From Thalia democratica (lineage: Eukaryota), in NCBI GenBank assembly GCA_965202585.1, contig OZ241834.1:13826001-13890000 (forward strand): 64,000 bases of DNA, given 5' to 3'. Position numbers and translations under genes: made by a program. This document shows, piece by piece, positions 13,846 to 25,612 of the stretch. Below the pieces are notes generated by a model that had not been told where the DNA came from, ran no database searches, and was given only the letters and a program-made list of their open reading frames with translations. Position 1 is the first letter of the stretch; each line of letters opens with the position of its first letter.

Positions 13846-14949
13846 TATAAATGATTTTTTTTTATACTATTAGAAAAAGCTAACTATATCTTATAGTTCC
13901 TAACCCGTTACTTATGTATAAAGAAACTTAAAACAAAAATAAAGTGGTGTTTTTAATAACAGTTTATACCTTTTAGGTCAAGTGTGCACAAAATTTATTT
14001 TCCAGTAATTCACTGTGCACAGTTTTTGATAAGGTTAAGAAAACACTGCACTCAAGTAAAGCTTTTTCACTTTTCATCATAAGAATTTTGAATACCCTTT
14101 ACAAAATTAAAACCGAACAAAATTAAATGGTATTCTGATAGTGCCAGATCAATTATGTTGCACAGTTAGATTTTCGTTTAAAGTAAATATTAAGTAAAAT
14201 CTTTAGTCATGATGCATGAAATAGACTATAGCTAAAGTAACAAAAATTGTAAACATCTACAGCTATTTTACTTTAAAAACACACAAAATCATTGTTAAAA
14301 TTATTAAGCTATGGTATCCAGTAAATTTAAAATATTTTAGACGTAAAATTGTGTATTTTTATTGTGCAAATATAGTTTAAGTATAGTTTAAAAAACAAAC
14401 ATTGAAAAAACATTGCATTAATCTAAGAAGCTACAAATAGAAATAAGCTAACGATAAAAAAAGGTTCTAATTTCAATTTCAAGAATTCAAATTAAAAAAA
14501 AAAAAATAGTTTAAAAATTACAACTAGTACGATAACCAGTAACTTAAGGACACATTTCTTGGGTATGAACTGCCGTACGTACTTTTTAGCTAAAATAAGT
14601 TATGATTTTAATAATTTTTTAAACTTTGAAATAAACAAATACCTGAAAGTATTAATACAAAAGTTTTTTTTTTAAATAAACTTTCTTGTATTAAATAGAA
14701 TAAAACAAAAACTAAAGGAATCAGAAAAAAAGTTATGAACTCACAAACTATATATCAAATGCATTATTTAAAACAAATATACTACAGTTTGTTTATTTGA
14801 AGTAATAACGAACAGTGCAATTGAAATTCGCAACCTTAACATATGATTAAAACATAAGAATAAAAAAATAATACTAAAACTTAGATAGAGGAAAATAATA
14901 AACAGAGCCGTTGACACTTATTAAAAACTATATGCTTTTGAAAACATAC

Positions 14950-15755
14950 TTTTTAGTAGTATTTTTGTAGCTTTTTGCTTAGGTCTAGCAAACAATTATT
15001 GTTGTTCACAAATTATTTTCAAGTTATTCTGAAAGTTTTTAAAAGCTGATTGTAGTTTTCCATATTTGTTTTTACCAGCAGCTACTTGCATTTCTGCTAA
15101 AGACAGCTCTCCTTTCTAGAATGACAGACTTTGTGTAATCATTGTCAAGAATATTGTTAGCTTGTAAAATTTGATTATTGCTACCAACATCTATTAGCTC
15201 ATCCTTATTCTGATGTAATGTTCTTTTTTTTCATTTACTTGTTCTGCTTGCTTTCCTTCAAAAAAAACTAGCTTCTTCTATTATTTCTCCTTGGGTTATT
15301 TGACTGCTTTAATTATCAATGGCTTTAAATTCATCAGTGTCTTGATGGTTGGCAATAATATTGAAACTCTTAAATTTATCTAAAAAACTATTATTGCCAA
15401 AAGTCTCTGTGACAATACTAATTTAAACTTAAATTTAAGTCTGTTTTTAGAAAGGCATTTTTGATACTTCTATCAGTAACTTTCTCCCATGCCTCTTAAG
15501 CATAGTTAGCTGCATCTGACAGAGTTTCAGATCTGCCATAATAAACACCAACAGATCCTCTATGAAATTCAGATCCTTCTTCTTATAATAGTTTTTAGAG
15601 AGCGTGTAAACAAAAACTGTGTAAGTACAATGTAAGTAGTTTTTGTAATAAATGTAAGTACATAAAGAAGACCAGAATTTCTCAAGTTTGCATTACCGAT
15701 TGAGTACGCACTTTTGCACTTGTTCAAAGTGCGTACTCGTGAGTCAGGTTACTAT
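14950..15755 (-). mobile_element. pogo-type transposase remnant with one TIR
   Basis: ETLSDAANYA*EAWEKVTDRSIKNAFLK resembles the DDE_1 C-terminus; TIR-like AGGTTACTATA near 15750. Confidence 0.5.
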
Positions 15756-16061
15756 ATATTTGCATATACTATTATAAAATTTAAAATAATCTTAATGCAA
15801 AGACCACGAACACACATTAAAATATTTTTCAGACAGTCTTATTATAACAAGGTTTACAATAGCACATTAAAAAATAATATTACTTTCACTTAAACTTTTT
15901 GTAAAAAAACACCACATAAACAAAGCTGTTACCTAAAACAAATATATATTTTGTAATTCTAAATGATTTTTTTCTAGTAGATTGTTAAATATGTAGTTAA
16001 ATTTGAAGATAAAAACTTGCTTGCTAAAAATTACCATTGATACAATGTTTAGTTAACTAAC

Positions 16062-16270
16062 TTTATTTCAACTGCACCTATGTTGCAGTAAAGGTCAATT
16101 AAGTACTTGACAAGAAAACATTCGGTCATTATTTCAGATACGGATGGCCTTTTTTCTGGAATTAAATCTAACATGGCCATAACGAGCCTTTTGAAATTTA
16201 TGTTGTACGCTGTTGGTAATTCTTTGTTGTAATCACCTTGCACTATTTTCATCACCAATGCAGGTAAACT
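16062..16270 (-). CDS. NEK8: NEK8 exon 7 (end of kinase domain)
   Basis: SLPALVMKIVQGDY...KRPSVSEIM...LIDLYCNIGAVEI, matching NEK8 LPALVLKIM...LLNLHTDVGSV. Confidence 0.92.
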
Positions 16271-16380
16271 CTGGTAGCAATGGATACACGGTAAATAATT
16301 TAAACATTTTATGAACATATAATTTTAAAAAGTAATAATTGTAATTCATGCTTATTACCTAATCTACATGACATTATATA

Positions 16381-17981
16381 CAAGTGTTGGAGGAAAGATA
16401 TGGTGCCACAAGACATGCGTGATGCTAAAATCATAACCTTATATAAGAACAAAAGTTCAAGATCGGACTGCAATAATTACAGGGATTTCTCTTCTTGCGA
16501 TTGCTAGTAAAGCTTTTGCAAGAGTAATCCTTGACTAACTTAGTGAACGAGTTTCCTTAAGTCTCAATGTGGATGGTCTAAAACGTCTGAAAGATCTAAA
16601 AGATCTACCACTGACATGATGTTCTCTGTACGCCAAGAATTTAATAAACAGAACATGCCTTTATACATCGCTTTTATTGACCATACTAAAGCCTTTGACT
16701 CAGTGAGTAGAAAATGACTATTTGCTATAATACTTCATTGGATGTCCTCCAAATTTAATTCCCGTAAAGTCTTTTTACACAAACACAAGGGCAACCATCC
16801 AATTAGATGGTAGTGTTTCTGATTCATTTGAAATCAAAAGTGGGGTAAAGCAAGGCTGTGTAGTTGCTCCAACTCTGTTTGGAATCTTCTTTTCAATGCT
16901 ATTAAAGCATGCTTTTGGTTCATCAACAATTGGTATTAACCTCCATACAAGAATTAATGGACGACTTTTTAATTTGGCAAGTCTAAGAGCAAAGGGAAAT
17001 CTGAAGGTTGTCAAAAACGTGATCTTCTCTTACTGATGAGGCTGCACTCGTGGCTCTATCTGTCCGAGACCCGCAGACACAACTGAGTCAGTTTTCATGG
17101 GTATGCTCGGATTTCAGCCTTACTGTAAGTCTTAAAAGACTAAAGTTCTAAGTTAATGAACAGATATTTTACGGTCAATCAAAATCAATGGCAAGGATAT
17201 ATAAAATGTAAAATACGTAATATACCTTGGCTCAAATGTTGTATTAAACGGACCATTGGACACAGAAATAAATAGTCGCATTGGTAAGGCCTCAGGCACT
17301 TTCGCTTGTTTAACTGCAAGAGTTTGGGATAACCAAAATAAAGCATTCGCAAAAGGGATAACGTTTATCGTTCCTGTGTATGCAGTTCTCTACTATACGG
17401 TAGTGAGACATGGACGTTGTCTAGCGTGCAGGAGAAAAAATTTAATTCCTTTCACCTACCATGCCTTCGTCGCATTCTTATAATTGCATGGCAACAAAAG
17501 ATCACCAACGAGAAAGTGTTGAGACGTACTAGTCGTTACCATCAGTAAGCGCAGGCTTCGCTGGCTCAGTCATGTTCTGAGGTTGGGTGCTGAGCGAATC
17601 CAAAGTCTCTGTTATATGGCGAGTTGGTCGTTGGTAATGCAACCGAGGTCATCTAAAATTACACTTTAAGGATGTATGCAAGCTCGACCTTAAGTCTTGA
17701 ATATAAGAACTGGTAATTTAGAGTTGCTTGCAAATGACCGCGCCGAATGGAGACCTACTGTACACAAAAGACTGACAGAAAGGGAGTAAGAATACTTCGA
17801 GAAACCGAAGAAGATGAAGAAATAAGAACCAGAATGATTTTTTTGTAGTTTTATTTTTTTGTGCTTATATTTATTGTCTGTTTGTTTGATTTATTGCATT
17901 ATTGTGCTTTTTAAACTTTTTTTCTATGCACAATTACGCACAGCCGATCCTGGTTGAGAGCAGGCCTATTATTATTATTAT
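16381..17981 (+). mobile_element. 5'-truncated, degraded RTE LINE with (ATT)n tail, in NEK8 intron 6
   Basis: PQDMRDAKIITLYKNK..DCNNYRGISLL, FIDHTKAFDSV, GVKQGCVVAPTLF; multiple stops; TATTATTATTATTAT tail. Confidence 0.9.
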
Positions 17982-18417
17982 CAAAAAATAAACGGGTAAA
18001 GAAGCTTAATAAAAATAACCTATTAACACAATTTTATTATTAATTAAATACTAAAAAATTGTGCAAAAAAGAACAGATTTAAGGTAATATTCACATTATT
18101 TTGTATTCTGTATTATAAAATAATTCAGGTTATTGAAATTTTATCAAATAACTTGTTTGATATCTACTTAAACGTAAAAGTGTTTACTTAACAAGGGATT
18201 TAAACAAGCTAGGGGAATCCCTTTAAACTATATTTTTTTGATGATTATGTTCAACTTTCAAGAAAAACACATTGATTAATTCTTCACAACTTCCAAATTC
18301 AAACAAATATTAAAGTTTAAAATCTAAAATGGTAGCTAGCTGTAAGCGAAAAATTAAAATATAATTGGTTATATGATAAAAATTAAAAAACTTTGTACTA
18401 CATGTACAAGAACTTAC

Positions 18418-18549
18418 TTGAGCTTCAAAAGCTTTACGTAAAGTCATCAACTCGTAAAGTAGGCAACCCAACGCCCATACATCACTTTTTTGATTATAAG
18501 GATTTGACTTACAAAGTTCAGGAGAGATGTAAGAAGGTGTTCCAACAAC
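18418..18549 (-). CDS. NEK8: NEK8 exon 6 (activation segment end, alphaF)
   Basis: [44 protein letters not shown]; AG/GTAAGT. Confidence 0.93.
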
Positions 18550-19127
18550 CTAGAAAACATTTTAAGAAGCTCAATAGTATAAAATAGTACATAAAATGCT
18601 TTTTTAAACTCTTTCTTATAAGCAATACTTAAATTTTTAACATTCAACAAAAAATTCATTTACATTAGTTATTTATAGCATGACCATTTTAAGCATGCTT
18701 TTGAAAAATAAAAGCTTAGGTTAAGTTCATCTCGAGACAAAATACTTTTTATCTTTGAAAACATCGGTAAAACAAAATTTAACTTTTAAAAAGAATTATA
18801 CTTGAATAATTTGAAAGTATATTTTTTTATTTTTTCATTATAATTAACAGCATATTAAGACTAGGGGTTTCAACGTTCTTTTTACATATGTCACATTAGA
18901 ATTTATTTTAAATAATATGTGAAAGCGTAAGGTATCTGGTATAAAATACTTTAAATATAAAAAATTCAATGATACTTAAGTTTTGAGATATAATCAATAT
19001 TCTAAACAAGTTTAAATACAAACATATGGAATAGAAATTTATCATATCCAATTTTCTAGGAATTTATAAAATTCATTGAAATCTTATATCCTCTTTTATT
19101 ATATTTAATAATGAACTTTACCGCTTT

Positions 19128-19292
19128 ACCATCAACAACAGCATCCAAGACAACATACAACCGGTTTTGTCCTTAATAGGGCTCATCCGGCCGGCACAGT
19201 CGCGAAAAACCGCTGTTGAAATCTGAACCAAGCGGGCTAAGTGCATATGCAATGCACTGAAGACATTTGTGGGTAAAGTTTAAAAAATTAAC
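19128..19292 (-). mobile_element. About 165-bp hammerhead-bearing short repeat (retrozyme/pLTR-like), degenerate core
   Basis: Reverse-complement similarity to 49365-49530. Confidence 0.7.
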
Positions 19293-19925
19293 GCAGCCAA
19301 ATTGTTCACAGCCCAACATCTAAGACATTGTCAGCTTATTTTGAGACTTTTGTCTACGCTCGTTTGATCAGTTTTAACTAGTATTTAACACGGCAATCAT
19401 CAACAAAGTTGAGATTTTTCGCGCCACCAATAATAAAAAATGAACTTTATTGTACAACCATCTCTCCTATTTTCAATGTACTTCAAATATGTACAAAACG
19501 TTCTTTTTAATTATACAAATAAATTGTGTATAGAGTTTGTAAAAATAAAAGTAAATTCTTAATCCGAAACAAAAAATTAGATAATAAAATATAACATAAT
19601 TCCTACAAGTTATTTAACATTGTTAAAGATTAGACAAAGATTTTTTAAATGTTTGGTTACAACCCAAAGAAAAAGATATAGTCAGTGAAAAATTCTAATT
19701 TTATCTTTTTAGTTGCGCTTCTATTAGAAATCTATTTAACTATCTAACTTAGATGACTTATATCGCAAAAAGTCCGTTGAATTTAAAAGGAACTGGTGGC
19801 TTGGTTTTTTTTCTGTGAAAAATGTTTTGGGAAACCCTGATTTAATAACTAACAGGGCTGCCACTGGAATTTAAGAAATTTCTTCCATGGTTTCTGACTT
19901 CTTCCAGGTTTTTAAAAGTACATGC

Positions 19926-21157
19926 TATAACTCTCCGCTGTTGTTTCTCTGTTTTCATCTTTGTTTGTTGGGTTATTATGTATATTGTTGGGTTCTGCTT
20001 TGAATGTTTCCTGATTTGTAGTTGCAGTTTGAGCAGTATTAGATATTGATGTTGGAAAGTGAGAATCTGCTAACAGCTCGGAGTTACTTTGTTGGTCTCG
20101 CCTCTTAAAGCTTGACGCTTTATCGGCCGAGTGTGCACGCTTTGTGTGCTTCTTGACCATGTCAGAGATGTGGGTTGTTGACATGGCCTTGGGGTTCTTA
20201 TTTTTGGAACTCATTCTTCCAGGAAAAAGCTAACCGCGGAGTTTCCGTGAAGAAATCAATTGCAATTAGCCGAGATAGAACTCAGAAATGCAAACAGATA
20301 AGAATTCTCCGCAATTAACCAAGTCAACGCTCAGTAATGCGAATTGATGCGAATTCTGATGCAATTAACCAAGTTGGAACTCAGTAATGCGATCTGTTGA
20401 TTTTTCACCGCACTTAACCGAGGATGAGCTCAGTAGTGCGAACTGGAAACGAGGTATAGCTAGTCGAGGCTCGACTTAGTGTAATAATGACCACTTACCG
20501 TAGTCAATTAAAAATTAAAAAAATACTTAACAAATGCTACTTTCGTAATCTACCGTTAACTTACTATATTCTAACTTAGATAATTGTAAACTTAGTTAGT
20601 TAAATTAAACTGTTAGATAGAGAATTGCTAACACAAAGTTTATTTTACACAAGAAAACTAATATTACGATACAAAAAAGAGACACTCACACTCGTGCAGG
20701 ACAAAAGCTCAGGAACTAAATTACCACAACAAATCACTGGGCTAACTACTACAAGACGTGTCGAGCTGGTTTCTAACGCCGGTAATCGTTTCGGGTTGAA
20801 ACTCAATCTCTCGATCTAACGTTTTAGCGGACTGGCTATATGAAAAACAAGCCTCTTCGCTTAAAGAGTAATCTAACAAAGCCCTCTCTAAGTGATAACA
20901 AACGCCTAATACGGCCTTATGCCGAATGTATTCGTTAAGTGAGTCAAAACTAAAAGCCCTCGCTGACTGCGAAATAAGAATGTCTCTTCACTAAGTGTAT
21001 AATCAAAAACCCTATGCCGAATGCCCTTTCGCTGAATGTATAATAAAAGTGCCCACGCCCTTCTTGCGACGTCTATTTTTATGCAGTCTGCTTCTCGAAG
21101 AAAAAAAGATTTCTCTTCTCTTCACAAAAGCAGTGCGAAGCAGGCGCAATGCTTACA
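19926..21157 (-). repeat. 3' LTR (1232 bp)
   Basis: Direct repeat of 35154-36386; preceded by a purine-rich tract. Confidence 0.96.
20639..20644 (-). terminator. Candidate polyadenylation signal AATAAA in the 3' LTR (twin at 35868-35873)
   Basis: AATAAA on the element sense strand in the middle of the LTR; motif only. Confidence 0.5.
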
Positions 21158-21176
21158 CCGCCACCTGCTCCCCTCT
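21158..21176 (-). promoter_or_regulatory. Polypurine tract
   Basis: AGAGGGGAGCAGGTGGCGG abuts the TGT start of the 3' LTR. Confidence 0.8.
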
Positions 21177-21842
21177 AAATTTTAATTTTTTTATTTTTTT
21201 TAAAAGAAAACAGGACAGGGCCCTCCTTTCTGAAATGCCATGGATTTGTGTGGTCAATTACCCCTGAGCTTTGATAATACTAACGCAAAAAAGTGAAAAG
21301 AGAAAACTAAGCATGCAAGGGTATTATAACCCATTAATTTACAGGTCCACAAACAAATTCACAAATACAGAAAATGGTTTACAAACCATTGTAATGGTAA
21401 CGATTTGAAAATGAGTAGAGTTTAACGTAAAGGTAGCGTCAACTTACATCAATGGTTGGTATAAGAATCTTTAAATTTAAACTAAGGTAAAGTTTGCAGG
21501 ATCTAACAAAACATAACAGCTAGACAACATCATTTGAAAATCGTTCTAAACTTTTTAAGAAACCCTTAAATCACGTTTTTAATATCTAATAACAAAATTC
21601 TAAAACACACATGAGTGGTACATTTACAATAATACGATATCATCGATTATTTCGAAAATCTTAATCTGTAAAGAACTTAAACACTGATGTAGAGTATACA
21701 CAAGTAGAATTACTTTGAAAAGAAGCATCTAGATGTTAAATTTTAGAAATTGTATCTCTTAAAACATGGACATTACGACAATTAACAAGGAAAACGCACG
21801 TTTTTTTGAAAAAAATCAAACTTGTTAAAGGCACTATACTTT

Positions 21843-22205
21843 AGAGTGAAGTGATTAGTGCTAACAACATTTATTTATTTTTAATTGTTTATAAGACATT
21901 AGAAAGTTTATCTAAAAAGTTAAAGCACTAATACATTAAGGTGAAATGATTAATACTAACAACATTTACTTTTTTAAAATGTTTATAGCTTCAGAAAAAT
22001 TTATCTAAAAAGTTTAAGCACTAATACATTAAGGTGAAATGATTAATACTAACAACATTTACTTTTTTAAAACGTTCATAGCTTCAGAAAAATTTATCTA
22101 AAAAGTTTAAGCACTAATACATTAAAGTGAAATGATTAATACTAACAAAATTTACTTTTTTAAATTGTCTATATCTAGAAAAATTTATCTAAAAGTTTTA
22201 TAAAA
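21843..22205. repeat. Four tandem copies of an approximately 93-bp unit in the element 3' UTR
   Basis: TAAGGTGAAATGATTAATACTAAC-like starts at about 21843, 21937, 22030 and 22123. Confidence 0.92.
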
Positions 22206-22357
22206 CGTAGTGCTATAAGGAATTAAGAGTTAATCAAAAAAAAACAAAAAAATTGCGCTTTATTCGCGTGCGTTTAATTGTCATTTGTTAATGTCTTTTT
22301 CTTCTCTTCTGTATGACTTCTCGCTGGTCCGCTGCTCCGCTGCCGTTGCTCCGCTGG

Positions 22358-23560
22358 TTACCGCCGCCCAACTGGATGCCGCTGGTCCGCTGCTCCGCTG
22401 CCGCTGCTCCACTGGTCACCTGGATGCCGCTGGTCCGCTGCTCCGCTGCCGCTGCTCCACTGGTCACCTGCTCCGCTGGTTACCGCCGCTCCACTGGTCC
22501 ACCGGTCCGCTGCTCCGCTGTTTCGCTGGGTGCCTCGGTTTGACCTCTTCAGTTTGTTCTTCCACCAGTCTTTCCTCTTACTGCGACTGGTGGATTGTTG
22601 ATTAGCAACTGTGTAGGCACCTGCGTTGGCGACTGTGTTGTCATTCTCCTTTAACGAGGTAATTTCAGCAAAGATCTCCATACGCCCGATGTGTAGGGTT
22701 CGGACGTCGCTCTGAAGAGCGACAATTTGTTGTTGTTGCTTACGCAATTCTTCTTTCAACTCGGTTTCCTTGTGGTCAAGGTTAGATTTGGTCTTGAAAT
22801 ACATCGCCTCCTTGTTTGCCAGCTTAAGCTGGGCGCGGAGGCTATGTATTTCGTTGGTCTCCCTTTGCAACAGTCTTTTAGTCACTTCTAATTCTGTTTG
22901 CAGTTTAATGAACTCTTGGTAACTACGCGAAGGGTAAAAGACACAGGTTTTCTGATTGCTATCGTCACGGGTTTCTTTCAATCTCGTGGACGGCAATTCG
23001 TCGTCCGGAATTGGAGCGTACGCTGAAGGCGATGCTTCGGCGCATCCCGATCTTATGTTAGGCGAAATTTTGTCTGGGACTTGAGTGTGTGCTGAAAGCG
23101 GTGTTTTAGCAGTTGAGATTTGTCGACCATCCGCCTTTGTTGTTATTCTAAGATTTGTTTTGTTTTCGTCGTTCTGGAGGGGGGTCTGTCTGATCTCTTT
23201 GCTACCCGTAGCGTTCTTCATAACTCGGGTTGCATTGCTTTTGGAATCCTCTTCTGAGTCGGAGTCAATAACTATACAACTCCCCCCTTTGAAATTTTTG
23301 TGGTCGTTGCCAGGGTTTCTTTTTTGTCTTGTGTCGGCTCGTACACTATCGCGTTGTTTTTTTTCTACGCTATGTGATGGATTAGGGCCCATTGAGTGTT
23401 TCCCTTCGTTACGATTAGTATCACCGGGAAACTCTAAAGTTTTTTTGGGTTTTGGTTCGACGTCATGAATTGAACCTCTCATTAAGGATTCATCGTCGCT
23501 GCCAAATAAAGACAGTCTGTCCTCGGCGTACTCGTGATTTTCGGGTTGATTTTCATCCAT
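22358..23560 (-). CDS. ORF5, orphan 400-aa protein (disordered N-terminus, coiled coil, basic patch, Gly/Ser repeats)
   Basis: Long intact ORF with ACCATGG start; heptad-like region LQTELEVTKRLL...IVALQSDVRTL; RSKRKDWWKNKLKR. Confidence 0.8.
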   Translation of the reverse strand: MDENQPENHEYAEDRLSLFGSDDESLMRGSIHDVEPKPKKTLEFPGDTNRNEGKHSMGPNPSHSVEKKQRDSVRADTRQKRNPGNDHKNFKGGSCIVIDSDSEEDSKSNATRVMKNATGSKEIRQTPLQNDENKTNLRITTKADGRQISTAKTPLSAHTQVPDKISPNIRSGCAEASPSAYAPIPDDELPSTRLKETRDDSNQKTCVFYPSRSYQEFIKLQTELEVTKRLLQRETNEIHSLRAQLKLANKEAMYFKTKSNLDHKETELKEELRKQQQQIVALQSDVRTLHIGRMEIFAEITSLKENDNTVANAGAYTVANQQSTSRSKRKDWWKNKLKRSNRGTQRNSGAADRWTSGAAVTSGAGDQWSSGSGAADQRHPGDQWSSGSGAADQRHPVGRR

Positions 23561-23905
23561 GGTACAAACTCGTTATTTATTTACAAGCAAAATCTGTAAA
23601 AAGGGTAGTTTTATACTAGTAGGTTATGCCCACTGTATAATGCTAATTTAAAGGCTGAGTGAGAGTTTATAACGCTCGGCCATGATAAAAATACTCTATG
23701 AATAAAGCAAGGGGGTTTGCTAAAGGTAATCGATACCTATACTAGTAGTTTGAAAAAAAGAAAGCGTGATGTGTGAGTATAAAACGTAAAAACAAATGTT
23801 TATGGTGTTGGAAAACAGAACTCATTTTGTGAAAATGTGACTGTCACTTGGGGATGACTGAGCACCGGACAGTTAACTATGTACATTTTTTAAACCTTAA
23901 CAACA

Positions 23906-25612
23906 TTACTCGTCTGTTGGTTGGTTTCTGTTGATTATGATTTCTCTCAGACTCTGAATCACTACCACAATCAACAAGAAAGATATGAGGACAGTATAGA
24001 TCTGGCCTATCTTGTTGACTATTTTAGTAACGTCCGGCCAGAAAGCAGATTTTGCTTTCATTAACAGACCAACTACCGCCTCTTTATCCATGTTGTGTGT
24101 TTCTGTCAATATTCTGTTAATATTAACACCTTTACTGGCATACTCAGTTTTAGTGAGTAGCAGAAGGTTTTTTAGCTGTTGTTGAGTGATATCTTCCTCG
24201 GAACCAGCTGTCTGTTCCAGATCCTCATTAAGGTTCTCCTCGTCGATATCAAACATCTTCTCTTTTAATTCAATGTTTTTTATAGAGACACGTTGGAGAG
24301 CTGGCTTACTGTCAACTAAGGTATCGTTGACATAGATTAATACACTGTTGTTAAAAGCGAATGTTTTTCTAATACTAGAATTAATGGTCGAGCTTATTCG
24401 TTTAGACAGGAAGCGTCCCTGTCTCAATGAGGTAAGGAACGAAGACGTTCCTGTATAGACCCGAAAAAGGGGTCTGTTAGCAACATGCCCCTTGTATTCC
24501 AGAGTGGGTTGCAAAACCGCTTGTACGTCACTACAACGCAATTTTTGCAGTGTTCCTGCCCGGAATATAGCCTGGACTTCCTTGTCCAGGATGAGGGATA
24601 ATACCTCAGAGGGGTTTAACTGTTGGCTACCCATCAGAGCGACAATGTTGGCGCGAGCCGACTCGCATGTGATCTGCTTTATGTATCTTTTCAGTATCAA
24701 TGAATTTAACGCACTGCCGTGCGCGATTGTGGACAACGCCTGCTGGATTGTTCTCAGTGAAGCAGGCATTTCAAAGTCCGTAGGGTCGGTAGTCACGATG
24801 TCGCTGGTCTCTGGTACTAGAAGTACATGACTCGACTGGGTACAAAGGAGCTTTGTACCCTTCTTTATTTCTAAGCACGAAGTGGCTTTTTCAGAACACG
24901 TATTCAGTGCGGAGGTTATTATATTTGCTTTTTTGACCTCAAAGAGAAACCCGTTCGTCGTCGGGTGAAGAATTAAAGAAGCATTTTCTATACGGGGTCT
25001 AGTGGCGCAAGAATTCCCGCCAGGGTCAGCATAGTTTACTCGCCACGAACCCGCAAGGCAGCTGCGAAGATGCGTGTCGCATTGCAATCTTCCAAGATCG
25101 ACGTGGTAGAATTCGTTGTCTACCACATCCTTGGAGATTGATACGGTGGCCATGACAAAGTTGACAACTTCTATCACCTTTGTTATGGGCCAAACGAAAA
25201 CAGGCTTTAAAGCGTTGTTGGTGGATAGTGTGTTTGGACCAGAGGGAAGTAAACTTCCGACGTCTGTATACCGATTACGATATGCCAATTTGCAGCTTCT
25301 CCTGTCGGAGGGTTTGTAAGCTTGATTTACTTTGACACAACTCTTTGCACCAAAGAAGAAAAAAGTGCATTTGTATGTTTCTGTTACCCACCTGCATGCT
25401 GTTCCAACTACCTTGACAGTTCGGTCAAACGGTTTGAAAACTGTTATCCCGGAAATTGTCTTGGTTGCGTTATTCTGCGTCTGACATTTGCCAGGCAGAA
25501 CAAGTTTGAAAATGTTTGCCACTTCGTTGGTACAAAATGGCAACACAAACTTACGTTGCAGCATACAAGTGCCGTAAGAGCACAACAACAATAGAATCAA
25601 CGATATTTTCAT
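23906..25612 (-). CDS. env: Env: class III viral fusion glycoprotein-like type I membrane protein, 568 aa
   Basis: Signal peptide, Cys-rich ectodomain, 5 NxS/T sequons, C-terminal TM (IYTVLISFLLIVVVI) and a short tail. Contains a rhabdovirus-G-like fusion loop and a gB-like LNP helix segment. Confidence 0.85.
   Translation of the reverse strand: MKISLILLLLCSYGTCMLQRKFVLPFCTNEVANIFKLVLPGKCQTQNNATKTISGITVFKPFDRTVKVVGTACRWVTETYKCTFFFFGAKSCVKVNQAYKPSDRRSCKLAYRNRYTDVGSLLPSGPNTLSTNNALKPVFVWPITKVIEVVNFVMATVSISKDVVDNEFYHVDLGRLQCDTHLRSCLAGSWRVNYADPGGNSCATRPRIENASLILHPTTNGFLFEVKKANIITSALNTCSEKATSCLEIKKGTKLLCTQSSHVLLVPETSDIVTTDPTDFEMPASLRTIQQALSTIAHGSALNSLILKRYIKQITCESARANIVALMGSQQLNPSEVLSLILDKEVQAIFRAGTLQKLRCSDVQAVLQPTLEYKGHVANRPLFRVYTGTSSFLTSLRQGRFLSKRISSTINSSIRKTFAFNNSVLIYVNDTLVDSKPALQRVSIKNIELKEKMFDIDEENLNEDLEQTAGSEEDITQQQLKNLLLLTKTEYASKGVNINRILTETHNMDKEAVVGLLMKAKSAFWPDVTKIVNKIGQIYTVLISFLLIVVVIQSLREIIINRNQPTDE

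Noticed and set aside
16049-16318. ORF-track entries 16049-16318 and 10022-10210 as standalone genes
   Set aside because: They are NEK8 exons 7 and 12 with intronic read-through.
19165-19200. Functional hammerhead in the 19128 and 42985 repeat copies
   Set aside because: Core nucleotides are mutated (CGGATGA/CAAAA; CTGATTA/GAAT).
18862-19839. hAT MITEs at 18862-19839 and 38788-39025
   Set aside because: Termini are TAGGG-like but TIRs and TSDs are too degenerate to fix boundaries.
19923-19930. Reading the LTR end as canonical TG...CA using TG at 19923
   Set aside because: Those bases belong to the ATGC TSD and are absent next to the 5' LTR (CCAC there).
20625-21267. Plus-strand LTR ORFs (20625-20819, 20995-21267 and twins)
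   Set aside because: Non-ATG starts, antisense to the element, no motifs.
22285-22605. Plus-strand ORFs 22285-22605 and 22313-22543
   Set aside because: Antisense shadows of the GC-rich repeat at the ORF5 tail.
23906-25612. Integrated herpesvirus or complete negative-strand virus
   Set aside because: No other viral genes (L, N, capsid); the glycoprotein lies inside LTR boundaries.
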